Positions 62,501 through 64,000 of a DNA stretch of 64,000 nt are shown piece by piece. The stretch is from Psilocybe cubensis (Eukaryota). The stretch is from assembly GCA_017499595.2 (NCBI GenBank), contig CM039000.1, positions 1,612,001 through 1,676,000 on the forward strand. Reading direction: 5' to 3'. Position numbers and translations under genes: made by a program. A model generated the notes under the pieces. That model saw nothing but the letters and a program-made list of their open reading frames with translations, had not been told where the DNA came from and did no database searches. Each line of letters opens with the position of its first letter. Positions within the stretch are counted from its first letter, which is position 1.

Positions 62501-62953
62501 TTGCTAGGTTCGACTTTGATTTTTACCTGCAAGCACATGCGGGCCTTCAAGGCAGCGTAAAGTCGACTCACTACGTTGTAGTGTATGACGAAATCGGATT
62601 GTCAGCGGACGAGATTCAAGTGGGTACACATGACGTCAGCTACCTTTATGCGAGAGCGACCAAGGCTGTGAGTCTAATCCCGGCGGCTTATTACGCGGAC
62701 CTGGCCTGTGAGCGCGGGCGGTGCTATTTGAACGACTTTTTGGTGGACGATAAATCGTCCAGCACGGGCAGGTCTTCTAAAGTGGACAAAGAAGAAGAAA
62801 TGAAGCGTGTGTTTGATGCAGCGAAGAGATCTTGGGGTGAAGGGGTGCGTTTTTTTTTCTTTGTTTGGTTCTTCTGCATATGATACTCATATCATTTGCC
62901 CTTTTGTTTCATAGCTTCACCCTGATATGAGGGATAGGATGTTTTATATCTAA
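59501..62953 (+). CDS. Argonaute (QDE-2-like) with RGG N-terminus, N, PAZ, MID and PIWI domains
   Basis: LRANFF, GFYASVRP, WVPAELC, YFSNVALKVNTKLGGINH, MMVGIDVTHP, IVYRDGVSEGQY, ICGKRHHARFYP, DFYLQAH, RATKAVSLIPAAYYADLACER, C-terminal MFYI*. Confidence 0.97.
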
Positions 62954-63163
62954 TTTTGTCGGATTGCAGGAATCACAGTTGGAACAAAGGAAAATGTTTG
63001 ATACCATGTATAAAATATATCCCTCATCGCTCTATATACATACCGTCATGCAAATAGCACAAAAAGATAGAAGATCAAGTCAGATTTCACCGGTGGTACG
63101 GAGCCAAGTGGGGGTAAGATTATCGTGATAAATAACAGTTATTTATGTGCGTAGGTCCATGGA

Positions 63164-64000
63164 TTACAGCAGCATCCTTCCAGCCCATCTGGGCATGGGT
63201 ATACATTCCCGGATATTGTCAACACCTGACACCCAACTGATGAGACGCTCGAATCCCATTCCAAACCCAGCGTGTGGTGCACCGCCGTATTTTCTCAGGT
63301 CAAGATACCACTCGCTTCCTGGAACGTCTTCCATTTTCTTTGACAATAGCTCGACGCGTTCTTCACGTACGCTACCCCCTATCAGTTCGCCTACATGGGG
63401 AACCAGCAAATCAAAACAGGCTACAGTCCGTTCGTCAGAATTGAGCCGCATGTAGAACGGTTTGAGAGACGCCGGATAGTCAGTGACAAAGACCGGGCCG
63501 CCAACTAGCGTCTCTGCCAACCATCGCTCGTGCTCGCTCTGCAGCGCATGGCCCCATACTGGTGTATGGACAAAGTTCTGGGACGGGTGGATTTTAGACA
63601 GTTCCTCAATGGCTTCCGAGTAGCTCATGCGCGCCCATGGTTTTTCACTATTCACAGCATCAGAAAGGGTTTTTAGCTTGTGCGCGTCACCATCCTTCCA
63701 CAGCACACGGAGGTCAGGGCTGTCCAGAAGTGGTGCTGTAGTCTCTTTGAGTAGGGCTTCAGTGAGATCACAAACGCCGTGTACGCCGTTATCGGCAGGA
63801 AAGGCCCATTCGGCCTCGAGCATCCAAAACTCTGCGAGGTGTCGGCCAGTCATAGATTTCTCGGCGCGGAAACAAGGGGATAGCGTGTATACGCGGGAGA
63901 TAGCCGTGGCAAGAGCCTCGAGGTGCAGCTGGTGAGATACGGTTAGAAAGGCGGGTCTGGAAAAGAACTCTGCTGGTGGGGTCGCGGAGGCAGATGCTGG
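63164..64000 (-). CDS. Asparagine-tRNA ligase, probably mitochondrial; 3' part, 5' end off-window
   Basis: LTVSHQLHLE, PCFRAEKSMTGRHLAEFWMLEAE (motif 2), LQSEHERWL, KPFYMR, ELIGGSVREER, PHAGFGMGFERL (motif 3). Confidence 0.92.
   Translation of the reverse strand, partial: PASASATPPAEFFSRPAFLTVSHQLHLEALATAISRVYTLSPCFRAEKSMTGRHLAEFWMLEAEWAFPADNGVHGVCDLTEALLKETTAPLLDSPDLRVLWKDGDAHKLKTLSDAVNSEKPWARMSYSEAIEELSKIHPSQNFVHTPVWGHALQSEHERWLAETLVGGPVFVTDYPASLKPFYMRLNSDERTVACFDLLVPHVGELIGGSVREERVELLSKKMEDVPGSEWYLDLRKYGGAPHAGFGMGFERLISWVSGVDNIRECIPMPRWAGRMLL

Noticed and set aside
37496..64000. Apparent functional clustering (mitochondrial NUC1/mL46/YME2/AsnRS; trafficking VMA13/TRAPPC13/Hook; RNA control Ago with PIN4 and NOT1 upstream)
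   Set aside because: These categories are common among housekeeping genes and are interleaved; nothing indicates a dedicated cluster.
1..64000. Stop-codon read-through (TGA-CTA) with cryptic PTS1, telomerase-template or telomere repeats, tRNAs, transposon remnants, mating-type genes
   Set aside because: The stop contexts I checked showed no TGA-CTA, and scanning by eye showed none of the others; a covariance-model search could still reveal small RNAs.

Overview
Gene-dense, intron-rich fungal chromosomal window. It is very likely an agaricomycete (mushroom-forming basidiomycete), inferred from ~50-60 nt introns and the protein sequences. I reconstructed 26 protein-coding genes by reading splice sites by hand; two run off the window ends. 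In order: tetraspanin, MBF1, gamma-tubulin, NOT1, sugar porter, GPI-type GH13, S9-like hydrolase, TMA7, striatin, class II PDE, orphan nuclear protein, EDE1, E2-C, PIN4-like RRM/R3H, NUC1, mL46, VMA13, TRAPPC13, Nup1/153-like FG nucleoporin, YME2, EI24/RRT8-like, orphan 4-TM protein, Hook, Argonaute and mitochondrial AsnRS. MBF1 and TMA7 are absent from the ORF track. I saw no transposons, rRNA, tRNA or CRISPR. Most genes are housekeeping, and the unusual signals are small-scale: a frame-required 2-nt microexon in MBF1; a 7-nt microexon cutting the GH13 catalytic motif; five GC-AG introns; a tandem CAG acceptor run that could tune a polyQ; very short bidirectional promoters carrying a recurring GTCAC motif; candidate polycistronic spacing; and an unannotated TATA-led, hairpin-forming locus at ~34.07-34.28 kb. 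I found no clear-cut novel multi-gene system. Coordinates are gene spans from ATG to stop, introns included. Family calls come from motif recognition, not database searches.
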